Origin: Verrucomicrobiota bacterium | Lineage (GTDB): Bacteria > Verrucomicrobiota > Verrucomicrobiia > Limisphaerales > AV2 | Assembly (NCBI GenBank): GCA_003218515.1 | Contig: QHNT01000205.1 | Coordinates: 1 to 51,539, forward strand | Length of the DNA stretch: 51,539 nt | Direction: 5' to 3' | Shown here: one piece after another, positions 23,410 to 31,844 of the stretch | Numbering within the stretch: the stretch's first letter is position 1 | Layout of the letters: each line of letters starts with the position of its first letter | Notes under the pieces: generated by a model | What the model saw: only the letters and a program-made list of their open reading frames with translations | What the model was told of the DNA's origin: nothing | Databases searched by the model: none | Program-made: the position numbers and the translations under genes

Positions 23410-24744
23410 TTAGAACTTCCACATTAGGTCCACCATGAAATGATGCACCGTGCTGTTGGCGCCGCTGGGATTGTTGATCAATTCGCCCAGGTAATAGGTG
23501 ACGGTGAACGTCGTCGAATCGAACAGCGAGTAATTCAGCTTGGCGACGTGGCCTTTGATGTTTGTGCCGCCGCGAATGCCGGCGCCAAAACCGGAACCGG
23601 GCAGAGCCGCTGAGTAGAAACCGGTGAAGTCGTCATCCGGAAATTCCTCATACCAGGCATCCGGGCCGATGCGCCTGTACTGATAGGAAATATCCCAAAG
23701 TCCCTTCTTGCCGGCCTTGCCGAGCGTCAGCCCTCCATTCCAGGCCTCATTTCCGGTGGCCGCGCCCTTATTCTTCATGAACTCGCCACTCAGCTTGATG
23801 GGGAACTGGCCTTTATAGAGCGGAAAGGAGTCCAGTTTGTAAACCAGGTAGGCTTCGCCGACGACCGGGTTGTAGTTGTTCAGCAAATTCCCGGCAGCGT
23901 CGCGCGTGTTGCCGTCGTTCACATTGGGAGCGGCACCGGGGACGAGGTTCGATTTGCCGGCGATATCAAACGCGCCGATGCCGAGCATGCTTTCAAGCTT
24001 CGGCGTCCACTTGGATTCCCATCGCAATTGCGCCCCGAGCATGAATGGGTCGTGACTGGAGTTCGGCCCGGCGGAAAACTCGTCGAGCACGAACGCCGCG
24101 CCGTTCAACTTGAGCGCGTGCTGTTCGTTGAACGCGTAGCTTCCCTGCACGGCCGCGCCTTCCGGCTGATAATCGGGGTCAAACATCATCGGCGAGTAAT
24201 TGAATGGGTTGTCCGTTTTGCCGATGGTGGCGTTCACCTTCAATTCGTCGTTGTGGATGGGCGTCCATTTCGCGTAAGCCGTGTCCACCCAGATGAACTT
24301 GCGCGAGGCGCCGTCGGAAAAATCGGTGTTGGCGGAAACCGGATTGCCGCCGAAGGTGCTGTTCGGATTTCCTGACGCGAGCCGGAAGCCTACTTCAAAA
24401 TCATCGAGCAGCGCTGCCGTCACTCCGTAGCGCAGGCGATACCGGAACCGGTCACGGTCGCTGATGGCCGGATTGTTCGCGTGATGCTCTTCGTAGCGAC
24501 CGCGGAAATCGCCGCCGAGTTTGAAGCTGGTGACCCAACTCGGCAGGCTGAGCGCCTTCGCAGTCGCCTTGCTGGAATCTTTGTCAGTTTCTTTGCGCAG
24601 GTCGTCGGCCTCCTGCTGAGTGAGGATGCCTTTCTGGACCAGCTTGTCCAATAGAGCGTCCGACGATTGGGCCGCGACGTTGGCGCAGAAAGCGACCCAA
24701 GCGAGTGCTCCGACCGTCGTGCATTTGAGTTTGTTGTTCTTCAT
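23410..24744 (-). CDS. outer-membrane porin, first gene of the pst operon (putative phosphate/anion porin)
   Basis: Signal peptide (MKNNKLKCTTVGALAWVAFCANVAAQ), the N-terminal LLDKLVQKGILTQQEADDL motif, an alternating beta-strand pattern and a C-terminal F. ATG 24744 is preferred over the ORF-track start at 25008. Confidence 0.65.
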   Translation of the reverse strand: MKNNKLKCTTVGALAWVAFCANVAAQSSDALLDKLVQKGILTQQEADDLRKETDKDSSKATAKALSLPSWVTSFKLGGDFRGRYEEHHANNPAISDRDRFRYRLRYGVTAALLDDFEVGFRLASGNPNSTFGGNPVSANTDFSDGASRKFIWVDTAYAKWTPIHNDELKVNATIGKTDNPFNYSPMMFDPDYQPEGAAVQGSYAFNEQHALKLNGAAFVLDEFSAGPNSSHDPFMLGAQLRWESKWTPKLESMLGIGAFDIAGKSNLVPGAAPNVNDGNTRDAAGNLLNNYNPVVGEAYLVYKLDSFPLYKGQFPIKLSGEFMKNKGAATGNEAWNGGLTLGKAGKKGLWDISYQYRRIGPDAWYEEFPDDDFTGFYSAALPGSGFGAGIRGGTNIKGHVAKLNYSLFDSTTFTVTYYLGELINNPSGANSTVHHFMVDLMWKF

Positions 24745-24806
24745 TTGAGTTGGTGGGTTGGTTCGAGCGAAGATTAGGTGCCATCGGTGACAAACCGGAG
24801 GCGAGG

Positions 24807-24826
24807 TTGTTACAATCGTGTAACAA
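24807..24826. promoter_or_regulatory. inverted repeat ttgttaca-atcg-tgtaacaa upstream of the porin-pst operon
   Basis: Perfect 8-nt arms with a 4-nt spacer, about 65 nt upstream of the porin ATG on the minus strand. Confidence 0.35.
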
Positions 24827-24917
24827 AGCGAACTGGCTGGTTGCTCGGAGAAACTCTGCGGATTGGTCAGTTGGCCGGCGCCAAGGCGTCTGAATCGGCG
24901 GATTCCCGGCATAGAGG

Positions 24918-24960
24918 TTGACGCGCACTCTTCTCGGCCATAAATGTCTCGACGACATTT
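24918..24960 (+). promoter_or_regulatory. candidate promoter (ttgacg-17-taaatg) overlapped by inverted repeat aaatgtc-tcgac-gacattt
   Basis: -35 at 24918-24923, -10 at 24941-24946, IR at 24942-24960. A strong SD (aaggaag) and ATG 24992 follow. Confidence 0.35.
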
Positions 24961-24991
24961 GTCATGAATCCAGTGCTGAGAAAGGAAGATA

Positions 24992-25594
24992 ATGAATAAC
25001 AGCGCCATCCGGGCATCCTCTATGAAACGAACGCGTCAGTTCTTAACGTTCCTGGCGTTGAGCCTCCTGCTCGGCGCCAGCGGCGTTGCGTTGCGGCTTC
25101 CATCTGTTGCGCAACCGCCACCGGCATTCTCGCCCTCAAAAACGTCTGACCCGACGAACCAAATCGCCGCGTTGCGGGCTGAAATTGACCAACTGAAAGG
25201 GAAAGTGCCGGACCAATCCCACGCCATGTCGGATGTGGGATACCATTTCGCAAATCTCTGGTTTGCCGGAGAGAAAAAGAACTGGCCGCTGGCGAAATTT
25301 TATCTCGATGAAACGCGGTCGCATTTGAAGTGGGCGGTGCGCATTATCCCAGTCCGGAAAACCAAGGCGGGCGAGGTGGATTTGCGAGGCATTCTCGAAG
25401 CGGTGGACAACACGTTGCTAAACCAGATCCAAAAGGCCATCGAGGAACAAGACGTTAAGATGTTCGCTGACGCCTACAAGCGCTCCATCGAGGGATGCTA
25501 CTCCTGTCACAAAGCCTCCGAAAAACCTTATCTGCGCCCGCGGATACCGGAACAGCCGGAGGCGCGCATCATCAACTTAAAGCCAACTGCATAA
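24992..25594 (+). CDS. secreted helical protein with single C-terminal CXXCH (class II / cytochrome c'-like candidate)
   Basis: Signal peptide (FLTFLALSLLLGASGVA), predicted helical body, one heme-c motif CYSCH about 30 residues from the C-terminus. Confidence 0.55.
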   Translation: MNNSAIRASSMKRTRQFLTFLALSLLLGASGVALRLPSVAQPPPAFSPSKTSDPTNQIAALRAEIDQLKGKVPDQSHAMSDVGYHFANLWFAGEKKNWPLAKFYLDETRSHLKWAVRIIPVRKTKAGEVDLRGILEAVDNTLLNQIQKAIEEQDVKMFADAYKRSIEGCYSCHKASEKPYLRPRIPEQPEARIINLKPTA

Positions 25595-25651
25595 ACGAAC
25601 CTCGAATTCAAAGGTTCTCCTTTGTTGATGTTGTTGTTGGAAGCCTCATTG

Positions 25652-26577
25652 TCACTTTCGTAACCAATTGTAGAGCGCCTCGAAACAGTCGAAGCCTTTG
25701 GCGAGAATTTCTGCGTCGCTCAAATTAAGCTTGGCCCAGCCTTTGAGCACGCGGTCGAGTCCGAACCCTTCGGCGCGTTGAAATTTGCCGTCTTCGAGGT
25801 CGGCGTCGTGAATCATCTCTCCAATCTGTTGGGCCGCGCGGTCGCGGAGGCCGAAGCGTCTCAGCAAGGTTTCATACGTGCAGTCCTCGCCCTGATGGTG
25901 AACTCGACCTCGAGCATGTCGTACGGCTCGGCCTCGGGATGAGCCGTCGGATTTGTGGCGAATACAAAGCGCGCCTTGGGGTCGATGAATTTACGAATCA
26001 GCCAGGCCGACCCTACACGGTCAATTTCGGGTCGCGAACGTGTGAGCCAGGTCTTGCCCGCAAATTTTTTGGCGTCGAGTTTCGGGCTGGGTTGCGAGCT
26101 TGTCGGGAGCAGTCCCGCCGCGCGTTTCAACAGAATTTGCGCGTCGGGCGCGGCGGGACAATCGAAGTAATCAATTTCCCGGATTTCGTTGAAGCGCTGC
26201 TGGAACTTTTCGAGTTCATCGTTAGATGAATCTTTTCTTTTTCCTTTTTTCTTTTTGATGAAGGCCGTCGCAGCCCGACCCAGGTCCGCGTAGTCCCGCG
26301 CGCGCGCTTCGTTGAACATCCGGGCGATTTGCTGGTTCGACAGGCCTTCGATTTCCTTCACGCGGATCAGCGTGGCGTCGCCGCCGTCGTCGCTCACCTG
26401 TTTGGCCAGCCATTGAAATCGCTCGAAGTGCACCGGCTCGTCCGGCAGCACGTAGGCGGAAGTCTTGAGTTGCAGCGCGCCGAATTTTCTGAGTTTGCGC
26501 CAGAGGCTGACGCGTTCGGCGCTGTGCTTCGTTGGCAGCCCATAGAGCAGGAGCAGCCAGGCCTTTGGAAGATTCAT
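25652..26577 (-). pseudogene. chrB: chromate resistance regulator ChrB-family gene with 1-nt frameshift
   Basis: The N-terminal part is WLLLLYGLPTKHSAERVSLWRKLRKFGALQLKTSAYVLP. The C-terminal domain is WLTRSRPEIDRVGSAWLIRKFIDP...YDMLEVEF. The reading then shifts (about 25890-25900) into the frame giving GEDCTYETLLRRFGLRDRAAQQIGEMIHDADLEDGKF.... Confidence 0.7.
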
Positions 26578-27223
26578 GTTGACTGGTATACATGAATGTA
26601 AGATGTATTTCAGCGTCGCGCTCGACGCGGGGTTGGAAGTCACGGCGTTGCACAACCATTTCTTCTTCGACGAGCCGAAGGTCTATTTCATGCACATCGG
26701 CGGTGAGGGCAGCGTGCAGCAACTCGCGACCGGCGTGCGCGCGGCGCTCGACAAGGTCAAAGAGATCCGCGCCGCGAATCCGGAACCGGCCAAATCGTTT
26801 GGTGGGTTAATACCCTCCGAGAATTCCATCACTGCCAAACCGCTCGAAGATGTTTTCGGCGTCAGAGGCCAGTCGAACCACGGCACGTTCAAAGCCGTCT
26901 TTGGCCGCCAAACGAAGATGGAATGCGGTTGCGACGTCGGCAAAGAAATGGGCGTCAACACCTGGGCCGCGTTCGCAGGCACGGACGACAATGCGCTCGT
27001 GGACGGCGACTTAGTTGTTCACGAAGACGAGTTGCAAAGCGTGTTGAAGTCGCTGCGCAAAGCCCGCATTAACATCGTCGCGATCCATCACCACATGGTC
27101 GGCGAATCTCCCCGGATGATCTTCCTCCACTATTGGGGGCGCGGCCCGGCGCGGGAACTGGCCAACGCGGTGCAAACCGCATTAAAAGCAGCCAAAACAA
27201 CCATCGGGAAGGCGCAGCCTTGA
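26576..27223 (+). CDS. DUF1259-family protein, 5'-truncated (no signal peptide, first module incomplete)
   Basis: Two modules end in HNH-type motifs (LEVTALHNHFFFDEPKVYFMHIGGEG and INIVAIHHHMVGESPRMIFLHYWGRG). The first module lacks its N-terminal half. The ATG shares a CATG tetranucleotide with the divergent chrB start. Confidence 0.55.
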   Translation: MLTGIHECKMYFSVALDAGLEVTALHNHFFFDEPKVYFMHIGGEGSVQQLATGVRAALDKVKEIRAANPEPAKSFGGLIPSENSITAKPLEDVFGVRGQSNHGTFKAVFGRQTKMECGCDVGKEMGVNTWAAFAGTDDNALVDGDLVVHEDELQSVLKSLRKARINIVAIHHHMVGESPRMIFLHYWGRGPARELANAVQTALKAAKTTIGKAQP

Positions 27224-27237
27224 ATCGTCAACCATAA

Positions 27238-27330
27238 ACACAACACTTTACCGACGCGGGCATGGTTGGCGTCTGGACCAAGGCAGACAGCGTCACTTTA
27301 TTTGATGACTTCACTTTTGGCGGCAAGTAG
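27238..27330 (+). pseudogene. orphan C-terminal gene fragment (TQHFTDAGMVGVWTKADSVTLFDDFTFGGK*)
   Basis: A 30-codon open stretch bounded by an in-frame TAA upstream. It looks like the conserved last beta-strands of a larger secreted protein. There is no start and no upstream body. Confidence 0.3.
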
Positions 27331-27385
27331 TTTTGCCGCGGTTCGTTTTTGAAACGGTGGAGAAATTCAAAGCGTTCCAATTCTA

Positions 27386-30300
27386 ATGAACCTCGTCCAG
27401 CCCGCCATGCGCAGGCCACTGACGGTCGTGGTGCTCGTCATTGCCGGCGTGCTCGGCGCGGGACTCGCCCTCCACCGCATGGCGCGGGACATCTTCCCGC
27501 CGCTCGGCATTCCGACGATCTACGTCGCGCAACCATACGGTGGCATGGACCCGGCGCAGATGGAAGGCTATCTGACTTATTACTACGAATACCACTTCCT
27601 CTACATCACCGGCATCGAGCACGTTGAATCGAAATCCATTCAGGGCGCGGCGATCATCAAGCTGCAGTTCTATCCCGGCACGGACATGGCGCAGGCGATG
27701 TCCGAAACCGTCGCCTACGTGAACCGCGCCCGCGCCTTCATGCCGCCGGGCACGGTGCCGCCGTTCATCATGCGCTTCGACGCGGGGAGCGTGCCGGTGG
27801 GCAATCTGGTTTTCTCCAGTGAAACACGCACCGTCGGCCAGTTGCAGGACGCAGCTCTGAATCTCGTTCGCCCGCTGTTCGCCACATTGCCCGGCGTTTC
27901 CGCGCCTCCGCCCTTTGGCGGCAGCGCGCGCGCCATTGTCGTCAACATCAAGCCCGATCGGCTCCGCGCCTGCAACATCTCGCCCGACGACGTCGTCAAC
28001 GCCATCGCCGCTGCCAACACCATCAGCCCCTCCGGCAACGTGATGCTCGGCGACAAATATCCGATGGTGCCGCTCAATTCGGTGGTCAAGAACATCAAGG
28101 ACCTCGATGTCGTCCCGATTCGGGCGGGCACCTTTCCGGCCGTGTTCGTGCGCGACGTGGCCGATGTGCAGGACGCCTCCGACATCGTCACTTGTTACGC
28201 GCTCGTGAACGGCCGCCGCACCGTCTATATCCCCGTCACCAAGCGAGCCGACGCCTCGACGCTGGCGGTCGTCAATCTCGTCAAAAAGAACCTGCCGAAA
28301 TTCCAGAGCGTCCTGCCCGACGACGTAAAGGTCAGTTACGAGTTTGATCAATCGCCATACGTCACGCGCGCCATCAACGGCCTGACGCTCGAAGGCGCGC
28401 TGGGCACGGTGCTGAGCGGGTTGATGGTACTGCTGTTTTTGCGCGACTGGCGGAGTGCGGTGATCGTTGTCATCAACATTCCGCTCTCGCTGTTGGCAGC
28501 GGTGTTCGCGCTGTGGCTGACCGGTCAGACGATCAACCTCATGACGCTGGGCGGACTCGCGCTCGCGGTCGGCATCCTCGTGGACATGTCCACCGTCGCC
28601 ATTGAAAACATTCACAGTCATCTTGCTCGCCGCAAAACCGTAACGGCAGGCGCGACGCCCGCCGCTACGGCCGCTGCCGGCGTTGCCCGCGCGGTGGCGG
28701 ACTCGGGCCGCGAAGTCGCGCTGCCGTTGCTCATCGCCATGCTGTGCGTATTGGCGGTGTTCATCCCGTCGTTTTTCATGGAAGGCGCGGCCAGGGCGCT
28801 GTTCGTGCCGCTCTCGCTGGCAGTCGGCTTCTCGATGGTCGCCTCGTATCTGCTCGCCAGCACACTCGTGCCGGTGCTTTCGACGTGGACGATCCGCGCA
28901 GATCGAGAGGACGAAATTGAAACCGCGGAGAAAACCTCTTCCGGGTTCCGGCGTTTTCAGGAGTTCTACGCAGGGGCTGCGCGCAAGGTTGTGTCCGTCC
29001 GATGGCTCGTCGCAGGCGCGTATCTGGTCGCGGCAGTGCTGGTAATCAAATTCATCGGCGACCGGATCGGCACGGAGATTTTTCCAAAAGTGGACGCCGG
29101 CCAGCTTCAAGTGCGCCTGCGCGCACCGAGCGGCACGCGCGTGGACCGCACCGAGGCGCTCGCGTTGCAAGTGCTCGACTTTATTAAGCAGGAAGCAGGC
29201 GCCGATAACGTCGCGCTGTCCCTTGGCTTCATCGGTGTGCATGCGCCGAGCTATCCGGTGAATCTGGTCTATCAATGGAACGGCGGTTCGGAGGAAGGCG
29301 TCCTACAAGTGCAGTTGAAGCGTGGCGCGACCGTGGCCATCGAGGATTTGAAGGAGCGATTGAGGGCGAGGTTCGCGAAAGAATTGCGCGAGGTGAAGTT
29401 CTCCTTCGAGCCGAGCGACATCGTGAGCCGGGTGATGAGCTTCGGCTCGCCGACGCCCGTCGAAGTGGCCGTGAGCGGGCCGAATCTGCCCGCCAACCGG
29501 GAGTTCGCGGAGAAACTCCGGGAGAACCTGGAGAAAATCACTTCACTCCGCGACATTCAGTTCGGCCAGTCGCTGGATTACCCGACGGTGGACGTGGCGC
29601 TGAACCGCGAGCGAGCCGGCTTGATGGGCGTGAAGACCGTGGACGTCTCGCGCTCACTGGTGGCCGCGACCTCCTCCAGCCGGTTTACCACGCCGGTCTA
29701 TTGGGCCGACCCGAACAGCGGCGTCGCGTATCAAATCCAGGTGCAGATTCCGCAGCCGCAAATGAACTCGATGGAGGAGGTGAAGAACATTCCCGTGGCG
29801 CGGCGCGACGGCAAATCGGTGCTGCTGCGCAATGTGGCGAATGTCTCCAACGCCACGGCGGTCGGCCAGTACGAGCGCTACAACATGCAACGGATGGTGA
29901 CGATCACAGCCAACATTTCCGGCGAAGACCTCGGCGGCGTGGCGAACCGGGTCGCGCAAGCGATCAAGGATGCGGGTGATCCGCCGCCAAGGATCAGCGT
30001 TGCTGCGCGCGGACAAATCGCGCCGATGCGCCAGATGCTCGACGGCCTGGAAAATGGTTTGTTGCTGGCCGTCGTGGTCATCTTCCTGTTGCTGGCAGCG
30101 AACTTTCAATCGTTCCAGCTTTCGTTCATCGTGGTCTCGACGGTGCCTGCCGTGATCGCGGGCGTGGTGTTGATGCTCTGGATCACGGGCACTACGGCGA
30201 ATCTTCAGTCCTTCATGGGCGCGATCATGGCCATCGGCGTGGCGGTAGCGAATGCAATTCTGCTGGTGACATTCGCCGAGCGCGCGAGGCTGGGTGGGGC

Positions 30301-30649
30301 TGGCTCTCCGAGCCAGCCGGCGCGCTCGGAGAGCACGCCCTACCTTTCTGCCGCCGAAGCGGCGATCGAAGGCGCGCGCAGCCGCTTGCGCCCGATTCTC
30401 ATGACCAGCCTCGCGATGATGTCCGGCATGTTGCCGATGGCGTTGGGCCTCGGTGAAAGCGGCGAGCAGACCGCCCCGCTGGGCCTCGCCGTGATCGGCG
30501 GCCTGGCTGCGGCGACGATGGCGACGTTGGTCGTGCTGCCGTCGGTGTTCGCGATTGTGCGCGCTCGTGCCAGCGCAAAATCCCGGTCGCTCGACCCGGA
30601 CGATCCGCTGAGCGGCCATTATGTTTCACCAGTGAGAAGCGCCCGCTAA
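27386..30649 (+). CDS. RND efflux transporter permease (AcrB/CzcA superfamily)
   Basis: 1087 aa with 12-TM RND topology. The conserved N-terminus is [24 protein letters not shown], and the TM4 region is [11 protein letters not shown]. Confidence 0.9.
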   Translation: MNLVQPAMRRPLTVVVLVIAGVLGAGLALHRMARDIFPPLGIPTIYVAQPYGGMDPAQMEGYLTYYYEYHFLYITGIEHVESKSIQGAAIIKLQFYPGTDMAQAMSETVAYVNRARAFMPPGTVPPFIMRFDAGSVPVGNLVFSSETRTVGQLQDAALNLVRPLFATLPGVSAPPPFGGSARAIVVNIKPDRLRACNISPDDVVNAIAAANTISPSGNVMLGDKYPMVPLNSVVKNIKDLDVVPIRAGTFPAVFVRDVADVQDASDIVTCYALVNGRRTVYIPVTKRADASTLAVVNLVKKNLPKFQSVLPDDVKVSYEFDQSPYVTRAINGLTLEGALGTVLSGLMVLLFLRDWRSAVIVVINIPLSLLAAVFALWLTGQTINLMTLGGLALAVGILVDMSTVAIENIHSHLARRKTVTAGATPAATAAAGVARAVADSGREVALPLLIAMLCVLAVFIPSFFMEGAARALFVPLSLAVGFSMVASYLLASTLVPVLSTWTIRADREDEIETAEKTSSGFRRFQEFYAGAARKVVSVRWLVAGAYLVAAVLVIKFIGDRIGTEIFPKVDAGQLQVRLRAPSGTRVDRTEALALQVLDFIKQEAGADNVALSLGFIGVHAPSYPVNLVYQWNGGSEEGVLQVQLKRGATVAIEDLKERLRARFAKELREVKFSFEPSDIVSRVMSFGSPTPVEVAVSGPNLPANREFAEKLRENLEKITSLRDIQFGQSLDYPTVDVALNRERAGLMGVKTVDVSRSLVAATSSSRFTTPVYWADPNSGVAYQIQVQIPQPQMNSMEEVKNIPVARRDGKSVLLRNVANVSNATAVGQYERYNMQRMVTITANISGEDLGGVANRVAQAIKDAGDPPPRISVAARGQIAPMRQMLDGLENGLLLAVVVIFLLLAANFQSFQLSFIVVSTVPAVIAGVVLMLWITGTTANLQSFMGAIMAIGVAVANAILLVTFAERARLGGAGSPSQPARSESTPYLSAAEAAIEGARSRLRPILMTSLAMMSGMLPMALGLGESGEQTAPLGLAVIGGLAAATMATLVVLPSVFAIVRARASAKSRSLDPDDPLSGHYVSPVRSAR
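30298..30333. repeat. overlapping hairpins of a REP element in frame inside the RND pump gene
   Basis: ggctggctc-tcc-gagccagcc (30298-30318) and ctctccgagc...gctcggagag (30304-30333). They encode [20 protein letters not shown], an extra segment in the loop before TM10-11. Confidence 0.5.
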
Positions 30650-30746
30650 ACAAGCCAAACACGCGAATTGAAAAACAAAATGCTCCCGTCTTGTATCTGT
30701 GGCTGAAGGGCGATAGAAAGAGAGCCTGTTTACCGGATGAGCTCTT

Positions 30747-31844
30747 ATGCGAGATAGTTATTTTCCTTTTGGCACCGTCGCGCTCGGGACTTTGACGCTG
30801 ACGCTCCTCTGCGGTTGCGATCGTTCCAGCTCCAGCACGAGACCGGCAAACGTATCGTCATCGGCCCCGGCCAATGTCCAGGTGGTCCGCCCGCACATCG
30901 GTGAAATCACGCGCAGCATCACATTGCCGGCGGAAATCAAGGCGTATCAGCAGGCAACGCTTTACGCCAAAGTGGCCGGCTATTTGAAAACCATCCCCGT
31001 CGATAAAGGCGACGAAGTCAAAGCAGGCGCGTTGTTGGCCGAGATCGAGGTTCCCGAATTGCTGGCTGACTTGTCCAAACACAAGGCCGAAGTCGAAGTC
31101 GCAGAAATTGACTACAAGCGCGTGAGGGAAGCGCAAAAAAAGGCGTCCGACCTGGTCGTGCCGCAAACCGTGGACAATGCGAAGGGGAAACTTGATGTTG
31201 CGAAGGCGAACCTGGAACGCACGGAGACACTGCTCGGTTTCGCCAGAATCACAGCGCCTTTTTCCGGCACGGTGACCCGGCGATTGGTGGACCCGGGCGC
31301 GTTCATTCCAGCCGCGACCTCCGGCAGCGCGGCGCAGAACGCGGCCCTGATGACGTTAATGGATTTCACCCGAGTGCGCGTCCAGGTCGCGGTCCCCGAA
31401 CTGGAAGTGCCGTTCATCAGAAGTGGTCTGCCAGTCAAGGTCACGGTGGATGAACTGGCCAACCGCGTGTTTCAAGGCGAGGTGACGCGATTTGCCTACG
31501 CTCTCGACGAGACCACCAAGACCATGTTGAGCGAAATCGAAATTCCCAATCCGAAAGGCGAACTCCGACCGGGCATGTTCGCGACCGTCAGAATCGTGGC
31601 GGAACAAAAGAACGAGGCGCTGCTGATCCCCGCTGAAGCCCTGGTCATTGAAAAAATCAGAAATTCCGTGTTCGCGATTGTGGACGGGAAGGCCAAAAAG
31701 GTCCCGGTAAAAACCGGATTCAACGACGGCGTTTCCGTCGAGATTCTCGAAGGCTTGAGGTCGGGTGAGCCGGTGGTCCTGATTGGTAAACAGACGATCA
31801 ATGACGGGCAAGTGGTGAGAGTGGCAGAGCCGATCTCGAAATGA
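30747..31844 (+). CDS. RND efflux periplasmic adaptor (MFP/HlyD family)
   Basis: Lipoprotein-like leader (LTLLCGC), a lipoyl/barrel-sandwich region (ATLYAKVAGYLKTIPVDKGDEVKAGALLAEIEVPEL), a coiled-coil hairpin and a beta-barrel. Confidence 0.85.
   Translation: MRDSYFPFGTVALGTLTLTLLCGCDRSSSSTRPANVSSSAPANVQVVRPHIGEITRSITLPAEIKAYQQATLYAKVAGYLKTIPVDKGDEVKAGALLAEIEVPELLADLSKHKAEVEVAEIDYKRVREAQKKASDLVVPQTVDNAKGKLDVAKANLERTETLLGFARITAPFSGTVTRRLVDPGAFIPAATSGSAAQNAALMTLMDFTRVRVQVAVPELEVPFIRSGLPVKVTVDELANRVFQGEVTRFAYALDETTKTMLSEIEIPNPKGELRPGMFATVRIVAEQKNEALLIPAEALVIEKIRNSVFAIVDGKAKKVPVKTGFNDGVSVEILEGLRSGEPVVLIGKQTINDGQVVRVAEPISK

Noticed and set aside
24745-24991. Classical Pho box (direct CTGTCAT repeats with 11-bp phasing) upstream of the porin-pst operon
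   Set aside because: Only isolated tgtcat/tgtaaca hexamers are present, arranged as inverted rather than direct repeats. Reported as dyads, not as a Pho box.
27383-29275. 630-aa minus-strand ORF opposite the RND pump gene
   Set aside because: The translation is low-complexity and Arg/Asp/His-rich, and the ORF is fully antisense to a strongly supported RND CDS. This is a typical high-GC shadow ORF. The same holds for 29654..30619, 10076..11533, 36431..37873, 21210..22235, 21322..22320, 15154..15816, 16459..17178, 7087..7845 and 12166..12525.
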